In this document: piece after piece, positions 33,560 through 50,170 of the stretch
How positions within the stretch are numbered: the stretch's first letter is position 1
Layout: the number at the start of each line of letters is the position of its first letter
Assembly (NCBI RefSeq): GCF_009914755.1
Contig: NC_060940.1
Length of the DNA stretch: 64,000 bases
From: the human T2T-CHM13v2.0 reference genome, Homo sapiens
Direction: 5' to 3' (one strand)
The notes under the pieces: model-generated
Databases searched by the model: none
Told to the model about the DNA's origin: nothing
Seen by the model: the letters and a program-made list of their open reading frames with translations, nothing else
Made by a program: the position numbers and the translations under genes

Positions 33560-34875
33560 TTCCCCCAGCTACCCAGTCATCTCTGCAAACTTCTTCACAG
33601 CCAAACTTCTCAAAAGAGGTACCTGTACTTTCTGCCTTCAGTTTTTCATCTCCCATTCACTCATCAAATCTATTCCAGTATAGTTCCTATCCCACTGAAA
33701 CTGACTGTCAAAAACAACAAAAACCTGTTACCAAATCTTAATAGACACCTCACTTACCATCTTACACCATCTCTCAAAAATTCAACAAAGATGACTACTA
33801 CTTTCCTTGAAATTATTTTGCTTGATTCTCAGGCTCCCCCAGTTTCTTCACCTCATCAGTCACTCCTCCTAATCGCCTTTGCTGTGTGCCCTTCCCCTAG
33901 GTGCTTTCCCAATCTAACGTCAAGGCCCCAGGATTCTGTCCAGAGCCCTCTTCTCTTACTTAGACTTTGCCTAGATCATCTCGTAAACCCACAGCATTAA
34001 ACACTATTGTTATGATGGCTCCAAAGTTTTCACCTTCTGCTCTGATTTCTTCCCTAAACTCTAGACTGCCTACCTGACAACTTCACTTGAATGTCTCAAA
34101 GGCATTTCAAATTGTATCAAAAAATAACTCTTGGTTCTCCCTCTCCCAAATCTGTTACTCCTACTACTTTCATCATATTAGTAAATAGCATCACCTGGTT
34201 GTACTAGTCAAATAACTTGTAGTCGTTTGTGACTCATCTTGCTTCCTGTACCATCGCTAAGGTCCACAGATACTCCTTGCAAAATATACCCATAATCTCT
34301 TCATTTCTCTCCACCTCCACAGGCAACATCCCAGTCAAACCTATTCTCTACGTACCAGCCAATATTATCTTAAAAAAAAAAAAAAAAAAATCAAACTGCA
34401 TAGCTTCCCTTCTAAAGCCTTTCATAAGCTTTTTTCCATATTTAAACTAAAAATTCCTTACCAAAGACAAGTCCCCAACAGATCTGGCATTTGCCTCTTT
34501 CTCCAGTCTCATGATGCTCAAGCTCACCACTTTGTTCACTACACTCCAGACGTGCCTTTCTTTTAATAAAACGAGCTCCTTCCTCCGCTGAGTCTATGTA
34601 TACGCTAATCCTTCTGCCTAGAGCTCTCTTCCCACGGCTCTTCATAAGATAAGCCTTTTTTTCTCTTCAGATATCCATATACAGGTCACTTGCTCTGATT
34701 CTCCCAGCCCAAGTTACTTCCTGTAATCTACTACAGCTATAATCTGTTATTTATTTACTTATATGCTCAATGCGTCTCCTCCATCAAAATATAGGCTTTA
34801 TGAAACTTGGGAATCCTTGGCCTACCTTATTTGCAGAACCCAGAACATTACTTACACAGACTGTTGAATAAATAA
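33560..34875 (+). mobile_element. L2 fragment
   Basis: Pyrimidine-rich L2 ORF2/3' motifs ending tgttgaataaataa. Confidence 0.6.
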
Positions 34876-35749
34876 AATCGGATAGGACACACATTTACCT
34901 TACCACCTTCTCAAAATCCCATTGAATGAGAAGAAACATGGGAAGAGGGGAAGGAGAAAAAGGAAAATATATCTGTGGTGCTGGAAACAAGAAAAAGGTA
35001 CTATTAATAACCCAAAATTACAGAATTTCAGCAAACTGGCAACCTGATGGTTCTGATAAGAAACAAGAATAAAATAAACTACAATCCAAAAATAGGAGTA
35101 AGTGATAGCTGCTATAGAACGGAGAGCTGTTCCTCCCAAAGGAGGATTCTCAAGGATAATCCCAGGGCAGGACAAAAAGTACAGTAAGGGAGAGCAGGCC
35201 ACCAAGGTGATCATCAAAATAACTAGAGACTATTGCAGTACAGTTGGGCCTATGTATACAGAGCAACTGACATAAGGAAGCTCTCAGGAACAGAGCAATG
35301 TGCAAGAGAACTTCAAACCTCCATAATATAGGAAAAAGCCAGCTCCTCACAGGAATGAAATACTGTAAGAGATTTCACATTCCACCCCAGAATGAAGCCT
35401 GCCTTATTTTGGCAATAAGGGAATTCACCAGTGTACTGCCTGCTCACCTCCTGCCACTAAACTCCCAATTATACACTGAAGAGACCTTTTGTCAAAACAG
35501 ACGTTTAAAACAGTGTAGGGTATTCATTAAACTTACCTACACTGATAAACCAAGTCCTTCATTTGTATCACACCAACAGTCAATTAAACATTACTAGCTA
35601 TAAGAAGAAAATAATAGTCAAGAGAAGAGCCAAAATAAAACAGGAAGAACAAAGATAGTTCAACAAACAAGCAAACAAAAAATTAAAACATTCTAATGCA
35701 TACCTTGAGAGATCTGAAAGGAGATTATCATTAAGAATAAGATTATTTT

Positions 35750-37310
35750 TGCAGAAACAGAAAAACCCATCCTAAAATTCACATGGAATCCCAAGGATTT
35801 CCAAGTAGCCAAAACAATCTTGAAAAAATTCAAAGTTAGAGGTCCCACACTTCTTGATTTCAAAACTTACTACAAAGCTATAATAATCAAAACAGTATGG
35901 TACCGACATAAAGACAAATATACAGACCAAAGGAATAAAAATAAACCTCAGACATAAACACACACATACAGTCAAAGGATTTTCAATAAGAGTCTGAGAC
36001 AATTCAAGGTAAAGTACAGTATCTTCCACAAGTTGTAACAGGAAAACTGGGTATCTACACAATGTAGCATAATTCACACTAGCCAAAAAATGAAGTTAGA
36101 CCCTTATCTTACTCCATACACAAAAATTAACTCAAAATGGATCAAATATCTAAATATAACCACTAAAACCATAAAACTGTTTAAAAAATCATGGAAAAGC
36201 TTCATGACATTGGATTTTGGCAATAATTTCTTGGATATGATACCAAAAGCGAAAGCAAAAGCAATGAAAGAAAAAAAAAAAACAGACAAAATGGACTTCA
36301 TCAAAATTAAACTTCTGTGTATCAAAGGACACTATCAACAGACTGAAAAGGCAATACATGGAATGGGAGAAAATATATGCAAATTATTATAAGAGATTAA
36401 TATTCAGAATAATATAAAGAATTTACAAGTCAACAACAACAACAAAAAAAATCCCCAATTCAAGAATGGGCAGAAGACTTGAATAGGTATTTCTCCAAAG
36501 AAGATATATAAATGGCCACTAAGCACATGCAAAGATGTTCAATATCACATCAATAAGAAAATGCAAATCAAAACCACAGCAAGATACCACTTCATACTCT
36601 TCAGATTATTATAAAAAGCAAAGCAAAACAAAACCAAAAAATAAAGTGTTGGTGAGGATGTAGAGAAACCGGAAGGAACATTTGTACACTGCTGGTAGAA
36701 ATGTAAAATGGAGCTGCTATGGAAAACAGTAAATTCAGTCCTCAAAAAATTAAAATAGAATCAACATATGATCCAGCAATTCCTCTGGGCATATACCCAA
36801 AAGAAATGAAAGCAGAGATCAGGACAGATATTTGTATACCATGCAGCATTATTCACAATAGCAAAAAGGTTAAAGCAACCCAAGTGTCCACTGATGAATA
36901 CATAAACAAAATATGGCATATACATACAATGGAATATTATTTAACCTTAAAAAGGAAATTGTCATGCATGTTACAACATGAATGAAACCTTGAGGACACT
37001 GTGTTAAGTAAAATAAGCCAGACATAAAAGTACAAATATTGTATGATTCCACTTACATGAGATGGCTAGAGCAGTGAAATTCACAGACAGAGAAAGCAGA
37101 ATGGTGGTTGCCTGGGGTATGGGGGAGAAGGAAGTGGCTGTCATTGTTTAATGGGTACACGGTTTCAGTTTGGAAAAACAAGTTCTGGAATTGGATGGTA
37201 GTGATGGTTAAGAATACAATATGAATGCACTTAATGCCACTAAACTATACACTTATAAATGGTTAAAATAGAATATTTTGTTATATTTTCCCACAATAAA
37301 AGTATTTTCA
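35750..37310 (+). mobile_element. L1M (MB-like) ORF2 3' part and 3' UTR
   Basis: MKLDPYLTPYTKINSKWIKYLN, YDPAIPLGIYPKEMK; 3' UTR ending AATAAAA. Confidence 0.88.
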
Positions 37311-37982
37311 AAATTCTATGAAAAAGAATAAATTAGAAAACAAGATACCCTGCTAAAGCGTAGGTGCTAATAAGCTAAATTTGACACGCTTGATGACAAA
37401 ATTATAGATGTAGAAAGGAAAATCAACAAAATTTCCTGGAATAAAGCAAAAAGACAAAAAGAGAATGTGACAGAAAGTAAAGAAAAATAAAGGAAAGATC
37501 CAAGAAACCTAATAGATATCCCTATGACAGAACTGCTAATTATATACCCATTATTCTTTCTCCCCATCTTCTTTAAGAACAGAATCTTGTTCTGTTAAAG
37601 AGGACAATATGCCTAAAATAGGTATACATTCTCAAGACTCTCCCTGCAGGTGAGGTGGCATCTAGCTCTAGCCAATGACAGGTAAGTGAAACTGGGTAAG
37701 GTTTCCAGAAAGATTTTTTTCAAGGGAAGAAGCATAGCTGGCATGTCCCTTTGTCTCTCTGCTCTTCCCTCTTCTTCCTTCTTGAAATGTGTATAGGATG
37801 CTTAGATGTGCAATAAGAACTACCTCAGAACCATGAGGATAAGCCACGTCTTCTTAAGGTGGAAGAAAGAGAAGAGACTAAAGTCTTTGATGACATCATT
37901 GAGCCAATATCCTTGTACTGCCTATCTTTATCCTTCTTCCAATACAGTGTCAGTTTCCAAGACAGTGTAAAAGGCAATCCTA

Positions 37983-38675
<693 letters not shown>

Positions 38676-39608
38676 TCAGTCTTAATTAGAAGTCAAAGAA
38701 CTCTATGAAAAGTGTTTTAAAGATGAATATAGATATCATAGACTATATGATTAAGAACCTAAAAGTACAGGCTCAGAGGTAAAGGTATGCATTTTTTTCA
38801 TCAAAAAGCAAAAAAAAAAAAAAAAAAAAAAAACCACAAAAATCAACTATATAAAAGCCATGTTCCATACAGGAATGTACAGCACTTTTATGCAATTAGC
38901 ATGTAAGGGAAGATGCTTCCTTTTCTTTTTTTCTAATTTTTGTATTTTTAGTAGAGATGGGTTTTTACCATGTTGGCCAGGTTGATCTTGAACTCCTGAC
39001 CTCAAGTGATCCATCTGCCTCAGCCTCTCAAAGTGCTGGGATTATAGGCATGAGTCACCGCCCCTGGCCAGCAAGTAAAGAACAATACTTTCTGAATAAC
39101 AGAACCAAACCTCCACAGTCAAGTAATTCAGAGTTGAGGACCACTTATACTACTGAATTAATACTCAATCACTTTGGATTTATAAAAGGTACAGGTGATA
39201 ATCATTTCTCCATTTTTTTCCCTTAACTAAAAGTGAACTTGTCACTTATGAACGTCTTTGCTTATCAGCCTTAGCCTATTAACTTATATTAAAGAATAAC
39301 TTGAAAACTAAGTTGAGGGTTTTTTTCCCTTTTTTCTTTCTCCCAGTGAAAAAAGGAGGAGGTTATTTATTTGACTATGCTTACTCTAAACCTTTTACTC
39401 ACTGAAAATTTCATAGTTAAAATACTAATAAGCAATTATAATTTCCTACTGTCTCAACTATTTTTTCTTTCCTTTACAGGAAATTCTAAATCTTAAATTT
39501 TATTAAATTTTAAATTCTAAATTTTATGAACTAGTGTCCATTTAGAAATTTACTTTTTCTTCTATAGTTTTTATAATTAAAATTTTCTTCTTTTTAAATT
39601 TGAGATAG

Positions 39609-39737
<129 letters not shown>

Positions 39738-40122
39738 TGAGGCAGAAAAATAGGGTCTGGAGGCAGGGAACTAAGGCAATCTCACACTTCAGCTATAACA
39801 GGAAATATCCTCTTCATAGGGCATAGGCCAGGTAAATGACTTCGTAACTTTACTTCATCCTCTCCATAGGGCATAGGCCAAGTAAATGACTTTGTAACCT
39901 TACTTCATCCTCTCCTTTTACATAGGGTGTGCCCCAAAAAGAGGGTATTTAAACTCACAAAAACTCTGTAACTAACAGGGCCTTTGAGCCCCTATGCTCC
40001 AAGCCCACTCCCACGCTGTACTTTCATTTTCAATAAATCCCTTCATTCCTTCCTTGCTTTGTGTGTTTCGTCCAATTCTTTGTTCAAGACACCAAGAACC
40101 TGGACACCCTCCACAGTTAACA
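39738..40122 (+). mobile_element. MER61-family ERV1 solo LTR inserted in an AluJ
   Basis: TG...CA ends; 4-bp TSD ccac/tcac; AATAAA at ~40032; start TGAGGCAGAAAAATAGGGTCTGGAGGCAGGGAAC. Confidence 0.8.
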
Positions 40123-40707
40123 TCACCATGCCTGGCTAATTTTTTGTTATTTTTCTTTTTTACAGACAGGGTTTCGCCATGTTGCCCAGCCTGGTCTCGA
40201 ACTCTTGAGCTCAAAGTGAACTGCTCGCCTTGGCCTCCCAAAGCACTGGGATTACAGGTGTGAGACCTTGTGCCCAGCCTGTAACCTCCGCCTCACTGGT
40301 TCAAGTGATTCTCCTGCCTCAGCCTCCCGAGTATCTGAGATTACAAGTGCACACCACCACGCCCAACTAATTTTTGTATTTTTAGCAGAGACGGGGTTTC
40401 ACCATGTTGGCCAGGCTGGTCTCAAACTCCTGACCTCAGATGATCCGCCCGCCTCAGTCTCCTAAAGTGCTGGGATTACAGGCGTGAGCCACCGTGCCGG
40501 CTGAGCATTTCTTAACACAGTGTTACTGCTAACACGCATCTCTTTCTCTCACACAAATTAATTTTAAACTTTAAAAAACTCAATTCCACCGGGCGCAGTG
40601 GCTCATGCCTGTAATCCTAGCACTTTGGGAGGCCGAGGCGGGCGGATTACCTGAGGTCGGGAGTTTGAGACCAGCCTGACCAACATGGAGAAACCCCACC
40701 TCTACTA

Positions 40708-40875
<168 letters not shown>

Positions 40876-43559
40876 TCAAAAAAAAAAAATTTCATTAATT
40901 CCTGTAATAGATTTTATATATACATATTTTCAGCTACGCTAAGTTCTATATAGTTTTACTCTACCACCTCCCTATTTCTCTGCATGTTACGAAGGTATAA
41001 ATAATTGATTGGCATATATGAAAAACATGACTTTTAAACAATTCATATCTAGCTAAATCTATTCAGCCTAACAGATTCTTTTCTTCCTGCACATCACAAA
41101 CTGTGTACAATAATTGAATAAGAGCTTTCAACCTAGTGAAATTTTAAAAATATCTTTTACAGCTTTATTTTTAAAATCAATGAGCTTTAATTATAGTTTT
41201 TTTAAAAAGATGTTTACTTATGCAAACAAGTCTTCCTTGACTCTGTACTTGTTATATAGTTACCTATCTATCCATTTATGTATTTACTTATTAATACTAC
41301 ATGTAGAAATCATTTTGTGGGGTTTTAAAAACAAACAAGCTCATATCCAAGTATTGTTTTGCAGTTTTTCCTTAAATTAACAATGTTTTAGAGATCTTTC
41401 CATTTCAGTACATAAAATCTGTATCATTCTTTCAAACTAGCACATACTATTAACTAAAAGATAATTTAGCTACTTAATTTAACCATTCCCCTACTGATTA
41501 CATCTGGCTTACTAACAACCTTCTGCTATTATAAAGTGTTGCCTTGAAAACCCTAGTAAATGCTTCATTGTGTATATAAACAATTAGGCTCTCTAGGCTA
41601 CCTACCTACTGATTAAGAGCTCTGCATTCTAGGTTATGTGTATTTAAACCTTTTAACAACTACTGGTAAGACTGGTCTCCAAAATGGCTGTACCAACTAA
41701 TGCTCCCACCAACAGTATGAGACTATCCATTTTGCCATACTCATGAAAGTACTTAGAAATTCTTTACATTTATGTGAACTGTGGGCAAAAAGAATGGCAT
41801 TTTGTTTCAACCGCATTTCCCTGATAATTAGTGAAGTTGGTTATCTTTCAGATATATAGTGTATATTTTCATTTCTTCTATTAATTCTCCACTACTTTCC
41901 TTAAAACTGAAATGTTCTATATCTCACTGACGACATTAAGCACTTGATAAATTGTAGTGACCTTAAACTCTTCTCAATTCCCTACATACCATGGGATTAT
42001 CCAAGGCAAATCTTACTTCTAAGAAATTTAATTGTAAAAACGAGAATTACTGAGTACCTAAAACTTACCATGCTTTGCAAATGTTAGACATTTTCATATG
42101 TACTTCAATCCTCTAACACTGGTACTATAAATCTATCTTATAAACAAACAACAGTTGCTCATGGAGGTTAACTAGGCTGCTTAGAAAGGGACAGAATCTG
42201 AATCTGAAGCCAGGTTTTCTGACCCCCACGTCTGTACTCTACCAAACTGTTTTTGAGGCTTTGAATACTCTTAATCCTCTCCCTAAAATCTTTTCCTCCT
42301 GTGGTTTCTATGGCACAGCCTATCCTTGATGTTTCTCCTTCCTTTCTGGTTTGGTTTTGTTGCTGGTTCTTCCTCCTCCTGCAGGGATTTCTGGGCTTCA
42401 ATGTTTCATCTTCACTTCAAAGTCAAAAGACCACTCTTACTAAACAAGGAAATCTCAGGAAACTCCAAATACAAAATAATAATGAATTGCTTCTTAAAAC
42501 TCATCGCCATGACTTACATAACATTGTGCTGTTGGTTTTTCTCCTACAGCTGACATTTCTTCTTAGTTGATCTGACCTGTCTGTAAAATTGGTGTCTGTC
42601 ACAGTTTAGTCCCTGAATGCCTTCCTCTTCCTAACTTACAAACTCTGCACCGCGAGCTCATCCATTTTCCATGATGACAACTACCATCTAGTCACTGATG
42701 GCTCAAAAGTTTTACCTGCAGCTGAGGCTGCAGACTATATGTCCAACTGAAAAAAAAATCTACACGGATGATGTTTCTATACCCAAAATTAAATTCTTCA
42801 TCTTTCCCCCACAGCTTGTTTTCCCTCTTATATTCTCTTTTAACTAGCAATCCAAGTCAGAGATCTGGGAATCTTCTAAATTCTTCCCTCTGGTTTAACT
42901 GGTTAAACTTAACAACTCATTAACACTTGTATCATCTGTTCCTCCTTTTTTTCATTTTGTTTTAGACAAGGTCTCACTCTGTCACCCAGGCTAGAATACA
43001 GTGGTACAATCACAGCTCACTGCAGCCTCAACTTCCCAGGCTGATGCGATCCTCCTGCCTCGGCCTCCCAAAATGCTGGAATTATGGGCATAAGCCATCA
43101 TGCCTGGCCCTGTTCCTTCTTTTATCTTTGTTGACTTTCTTAACTCATTTCTCATCTGAATCACTGGTACATAAAAGGAGCTCAAAAATACTTGAATTAA
43201 AAAAATAAGCACTTTGTCTCCCTAAGAACAAGGACCATGTCTTATTCATTTTTAGAAACTCAGCACTGAGCTGACACGCCACCCCAAAATAGCTACCGAG
43301 TGAATCATCATTTCAGGGTTCCTTTATCTAAACCAAACTCTCAGAGAGTAAGATCCAGAAATGCATTTTTAACAAGTTCTCTGCATGAATCCTATACAGC
43401 CAACCCAGCAACCGCCTTTAAGAACCAGTGAATTATGTTCATTCTCATGATGAGAAGAGAACTGAAACAGTGACAGAAATGGAACTAAACAAGTTTCCTG
43501 CCACTTCTATATAGACCTAAGATAAATAAACCTCTCAGACATAAATAAAAATTATTATT

Positions 43560-44278
43560 GAATCATCTGCCACTATCATCAGTCTTTGTCTAACTCAGTA
43601 TTCTTAGTTAGCCTACTGCAATAATCCACTTCCATATTTGTACCCCTACAAACTATTCTCTACACAGCAGCTAGAATGATCTTTCTAAAACTCAAATCAG
43701 AGGATGCCATCTTCTCCTCTCTTCATCCCACCCCATCTCAGGGACAGTTTCTCCTCACAGTTTACAAACAAAATCCAAACTTCTTACTCTGGTTTACAAA
43801 GCCCTATACAATCTAGCCTCTGCCTAGCCCTGTGAACTCATCTTCCACTCTTCTAATCATACTGTCTACACTGCAATCGCAATGGTCTTTTTTGTTCCTA
43901 AAATATAAAAAATGTTTTCCAACCTTAGAACTTTTGCACTTGCTATTTCCATCTGTCAAGAATGTTCTTTTCCCTGATCTTATCATGGCTAGCCCCTTCT
44001 ATCCACTGAGACTCCATTTAAATGTCACCTCCTCATAGGGGCCTTCTCTAACCACCCAATCAAAAGTAGCCTTCCAGTCACTTCATAGGACTATAAAGCA
44101 TTTATCACAAGGTTACATTTTCTCTGTATATTTGTTCACTGTCTATCTCCCACCCACAAGAATATAAGCTCCATGACACCAGTAAATCTGCCTTAACAGT
44201 AGAATTCAGTGCTTTGTGCCCAAGGCTTGGAATAGTGTCTAGCATATAGCAGGTGCTCAGTATATATTTGTAATGAAC
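43560..44278 (+). mobile_element. L2 3' fragment
   Basis: aaatgtcacctcctcataggggccttc...tctagcatatagcaggtgctcagtatatatttg. Confidence 0.7.
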
Positions 44279-44589
44279 CTACTCTTATTTCGAGGTCACC
44301 ACCATATGAAGGTCTGCTTTTAGCCAAGAATAAGTAACAAAATTGTATCTTTTAATATTAATAAATATGTCTATTGAATAAATCCAATTTGTCTACGTTA
44401 ATGGAAAAGCAACAAGTTCAAACAAAATCATTATTTGGATATCCTCAGTCAGGGAACTGTAAAACATAGTCAACATGTCTAAAAACGTTTTTCATACCAA
44501 AACCAAGCTATATTTTTCAACGGTCACTAGTTTAAAAAAAAAACAAAACTTAAAAGTTGCTGCAAATTTTACCACCATTATGAGAGAAA

Positions 44590-44990
44590 AAATTCAAATG
44601 TCCATCAACAGGAGAATGGATAAACAAATCTCCATACAAAGACTCCTACTAAGCAATAAAAAGGAATGAACTCTTATTGGTACATACAACATGGCTGAAT
44701 CCTAAATAATTACACTCAGTGAAAGAAGCCAGGCAAAAAAGAGTACATACTATATGATTCCATAAATACGAACAGTAACAGAAAGCAGATCTGTGGTTAC
44801 CTGGGGTGGAGGTAGCAGGAAGGAGGGATTACAAAGGGAACTAGAACACTTTTGAAATTGATGAATGTTCATAATATTGATTGTGGTGATTGATTGGTAT
44901 ATACATATGTCAAAACTTATCAAACTGTGCACTTCAAATACATCCAATTTACTCAATGTCAATTATTACTAAAGCTATTTTTTTAAAAAG
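44590..44990 (+). mobile_element. L1MC/ME 3' UTR fragment
   Basis: caaatgtccatcaacaggagaatggataaac...gtgaaagaagccagg. Confidence 0.7.
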
Positions 44991-45279
44991 TTTTTATATC
45001 AGATCAGGTCACTCCCTTGCTAAAACCTTTCAATGGTTCTCCACCTTCAAAAATAAAAAATTTGTTACAAGCGTTATCAGCATTGTAAGGGACTTAACAT
45101 TTAAATGGAATGCACATGAAACCAACGTCGTAAACTAATTCCAATAGTTAATAAAAGCCAAAAACACTTGAATAGATTTAAACTTTTAACTTCAACAAAA
45201 AATGTAAATAGAAACTTCACAAAAATTAACTTTACATTTCTACATCAAAAAGCTAAAAATGTATTAAACTCACAGTTAC

Positions 45280-45376
45280 CTGTAGAAGGTGGTGATTTCT
45301 CTGAGTGTTTTGCATTTAAAAGTTTTCTGCTAATAAATATGTAACCACAAGGACATGATTTACATGCAACAGGAAC
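45280..45376 (-). CDS. C16orf87: C16orf87 coding exon 2 ([32 protein letters not shown])
   Basis: Acceptor TTTTTTCCTACAG|GTT, donor ACAG|GTAACT; 97 nt, phase 0 to 1; continues the Cys cluster. Confidence 0.97.
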
Positions 45377-46324
45377 CTGTAGGAAAAAAAGAAAAATATA
45401 TATTATTACTATTTTTCTATTGTTAAATTTCTCAGTGTCTATGTGGTCTCCTCAAATGAATGATAAATTACTTGAAGGAGGAATCATGTATTTATTTAAA
45501 CCTCAACTCCTTACAACAAATTATCTGAGATGAGTATCATATCACATAGATATTCACATTCTTTTTTTTTTTTTTTTTGAGACGGAGTCTCACTCTGTCA
45601 CCCAGGCTGGAGTGCAGTGGCATGATCTAGGCTCACTGCAACCTCCACCTCCTGAGTTCAAGTGATTCTTCTGCCTCAGCCTCCCAAGTAGCTGGGACTA
45701 CAGGCACACGCTACCATGCCCAGCTAATTTTTGTATTTTTAGTAGAGATGGGGTTTTACTATATTGGCCAGGTTGGTCTTGAACTCCTCACCTCATGATC
45801 CGCCCACCTCAGCCTCTCAAAGTGCTAGGATAACAGAAGTGAGCCACCACACCCGGCCTGATACTCATATTCTTCTACTGCTTAACAAAACCATGAAGAC
45901 TATACCATACCAATACCATAAAAAATAAATATGTATTAAATATGCACTGATGTGAGTGACCAATAGAAAACTGTAATAGGGTCAGAGCAAGGGGAAGTAT
46001 GTGGAAAAAAAGGTAGCATTTCCTAAAATGTTAGTTTGACAGCTTTTTACGGTATAGAACAAATTTGAAAAGGGTGAGTGGGTAGGAAGTCATTAAAGTA
46101 ATCCTGGTAAAAGATTATGAAGGACCAAGTGGAATAGTGAGAACGGAAATGGAAAAAGGTAGATCTGCCAGAGTTTCCAAGGCAAGAAAAACAGACAAAG
46201 GCCCAAACTGATGACTGGTGATAAAGTGGGAAGAAGTGAAAATAACTCAGGATTCTAACATGAGAGGAGAAGATATCAACTACCACTGACAAAGAATAAA
46301 GAATAGTTTATAGCAACCAGATTT

Positions 46325-46880
<556 letters not shown>

Positions 46881-48018
46881 CAACAACCAGTTTGAGGGGC
46901 AAAAGTATGCTGACATAAAAAAAGAGAATGTAGGAGAAGGTAGGAATTTAGATCCAGAATCTTATATCTTAGTTCCAGGAATGACTCCGGACAAGATATT
47001 TAAGATCTTCAAGCTTCTGTTTCCAAATCTGCAAAATACGTAAATTTCCTTTCTCTACTCCAAACTTATAACTGTTTTTTAAGCCAAGTGCTACTGAAAA
47101 TCATTGAAAAAATTTTTTAGTTTTCCCCATAATCATTTCACCCATATCAAAGTTAATGATCCTTGGAATCAAGACATGTTCACCAAAAGTCTGAAACTAA
47201 TCTCAACGAAAAAGTATTTACAGAATAATTACAGTAAGAAAACTGCAATTCCCTTTGTAAGATAAATTCCCCCATTTGGCAGTTGTTCTGCTATGTAAAA
47301 ACTGAGTTAAAATTATGAAGCTTTTTATCTATGTATGTACAGAATGCCTCATGTTATAGAATCTAAACACTTGATCTAATTGAGCTAAATTGAAATTTTG
47401 GCAGAATAATTCCTTTTCTTTGTATAAAAACATTGAACAAAGGATCTCCAATTTGTATTTAAGAAAAATAACAAAGAAATCAATAAAAATAATCAAACTC
47501 CAGATTTGTCTAACAGCTTGCTTTGTTAAGAATGTAATGAGATCCCTTCAAATCACGACAAAAAAAATGCTACATTTTTTAAATAGTGTAAAATCTGTCT
47601 AAAATAGATGTCTGACATTTTTTCAAATTTCGTATCTTCATAGAAACCAAGCTCAAAGGCACTGACTCATTTCCTTTACACCTAAACATATTATTAAGGG
47701 CATCCACAGTAATGTAAATTGTTTTAAATTAATGCTATCCAAAATACGCAAATGCATGTTCTTACTCAACAGCTCCTTTCCTAATCAGCAAGCATTTTCT
47801 TCCAGCTACTGAAACTCAATAAATTTGAATTTGGGTTTCAGTCTTATACAAAAGAACTTCATATCAATCCATCTCCAGAATTAACAGTGTTGCAGTTAGA
47901 TGAGAAGTATACATTTGGCTTTGGGACCCAGAATGCACAAACACTGACTAACTGAATTAACAGGTTGATTTTCATCCACAAATGAAAGTGTTTTATGCTC
48001 AATAAACCCTCATGTGCC

Positions 48019-48084
48019 TGAGTTAATTCATTCTATAGTTTGAGTTAATTCATTCTATAGTCTGAGTTAATTCATTCTATAGTC
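48019..48084 (+). repeat. 22-bp tandem triplication TGAGTTAATTCATTCTATAGT(T/C)
   Basis: Units start at 48019, 48041 and 48063. Confidence 0.95.
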
Positions 48085-48488
48085 CTATTTAAAATAAAAA
48101 GTTCCTTCCCCACAACCTCTGCCCTGGAAAACAAAAAACAAAAAACACACCACCACCACCATCACCACCCTAGATCCTGTAAAAAGAATTATCAAATAGG
48201 TTGGACAACTTCAGTAATATTAACCTCATTTCATTAATTATAGTATAATTTAGATTTTAAACAAACACACTAAAGTTTCTTTAAATTTCAGTTGATAATA
48301 CTAAACCTAACAGTACTGAAATTCTAATATTACACTTTCAGGATTTTAAAAAAAAGAAAATATTCAAAGTATTGTTTACTGATAGTTTACTGGGCATTAA
48401 TTCACTTTTTTAAAAAAAGATTTAGGTTGTTTGTATGTTTTACAAGTAAAACAGATTTTTTATTTATTTATTTATCTTTTTTTTTTGA

Positions 48489-48995
<507 letters not shown>

Positions 48996-49879
48996 TAGTA
49001 GAGACAGGGTTTCACCGTGTTAGCCAGGATGGTCTGGAACTTCTGACCTCGTGATCCACCTGCCTCGGCCTCCCAAAGTACTGGGATTACAGGTGTGAGC
49101 CACTGCACACAGCCATTTAACTGATTTTTTAAAAGCTCCAAAATAATTACATTACAGAAAACTCATTTATATTCTTTACTACTGAAAGAACCAAAGGAAC
49201 TTATACCAGACATATTTTATATACATCACATAAAATGTCCTTTAAATTAAAAAAAAGCTGCTCTATTTTTTTTAAAAATGAAGGCAAAAACAGAAGCATA
49301 CACAAAAGATACCAGAAAACTGACAAGAATCTTGAGCACTGATGCACACAAAATGGCTCAGTAATTTTGAGTGATTGATGGATATGAAACCCCTTGAAAA
49401 TGAAAAGGACTGTGGTTTAAGATGTTTTAGAATGATATGTTCAATAGAAGCCTGCAAAGGAGATGTTACAAAGCAGTTGAAAATCTAGCTTTTTCTTCTT
49501 TGCTGATCTCTGTACCCATTTTTCAAACTTACACACCCACATAAGTAAATCTAGTCAACTGGGAAATCTCAAATTTAAAGATTTTACATTTATGTTTATA
49601 AACTATACCTAAATTCGAATTTAATTTTTTTTAGGCAACTTAGAATCATAGCAGTATTCTAATGTTTAGAAAATGGCTTTCTGGATTATAATCATATTCT
49701 GGCTTATAACTAAAAGAAGCTAGTACTTTTAAATAATGAGAAAGCTAAAATTCATCCATTATTTTTTCACATCAGGTTCATATCACCAAAAGTTTTAATT
49801 AGTCCTTATGTATGTTACATTCACTTAAGTATTTGGAATAAAGGACAAAACAAACCAACTCATTAAATTATGTACTAGT

Positions 49880-50170
49880 TTGCTCTGGGTGGAATTATGC
49901 ACCCCTCGACATCCAAATTCATATATTGAAGCCTTAACCGCAATGTGATGGTATTTGGAGATGGGCCATTTGAGAGAGAATTAGGTTTAAATTAAGTCAT
50001 GAGGGTGGGGCCCTCATGATGTGATTAGGGACCTTTTAAGAAAAGGGAGAGAGCTTGACCCTCTTTCTGCCATGTGAGGACACCAAGAAGACAGCCATCT
50101 GCAAGCCAAGAAGAGAGCCCTCACCAGAACATAATCATGCTTTTGTTATGGCAGCCAAAGCTGGGTAAGC
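49880..50170 (+). mobile_element. MLT1A-type MaLR LTR
   Basis: caaattcatatattgaagcc...gtgatggtatttggagatggg...gccatgtgaggacac...tgttatggcagcc. Confidence 0.75.

Noticed and set aside
33551-34000. 149-aa ORF
   Set aside because: Lies in a decayed L2 and uses a non-ATG start; no splice or homology support
42063-42072. Perfect ATG|GTAAGT donor in intron 2 (similar donors near 34895-34905)
   Set aside because: No convincing paired acceptor; lies in MIR-like or other old repeat sequence
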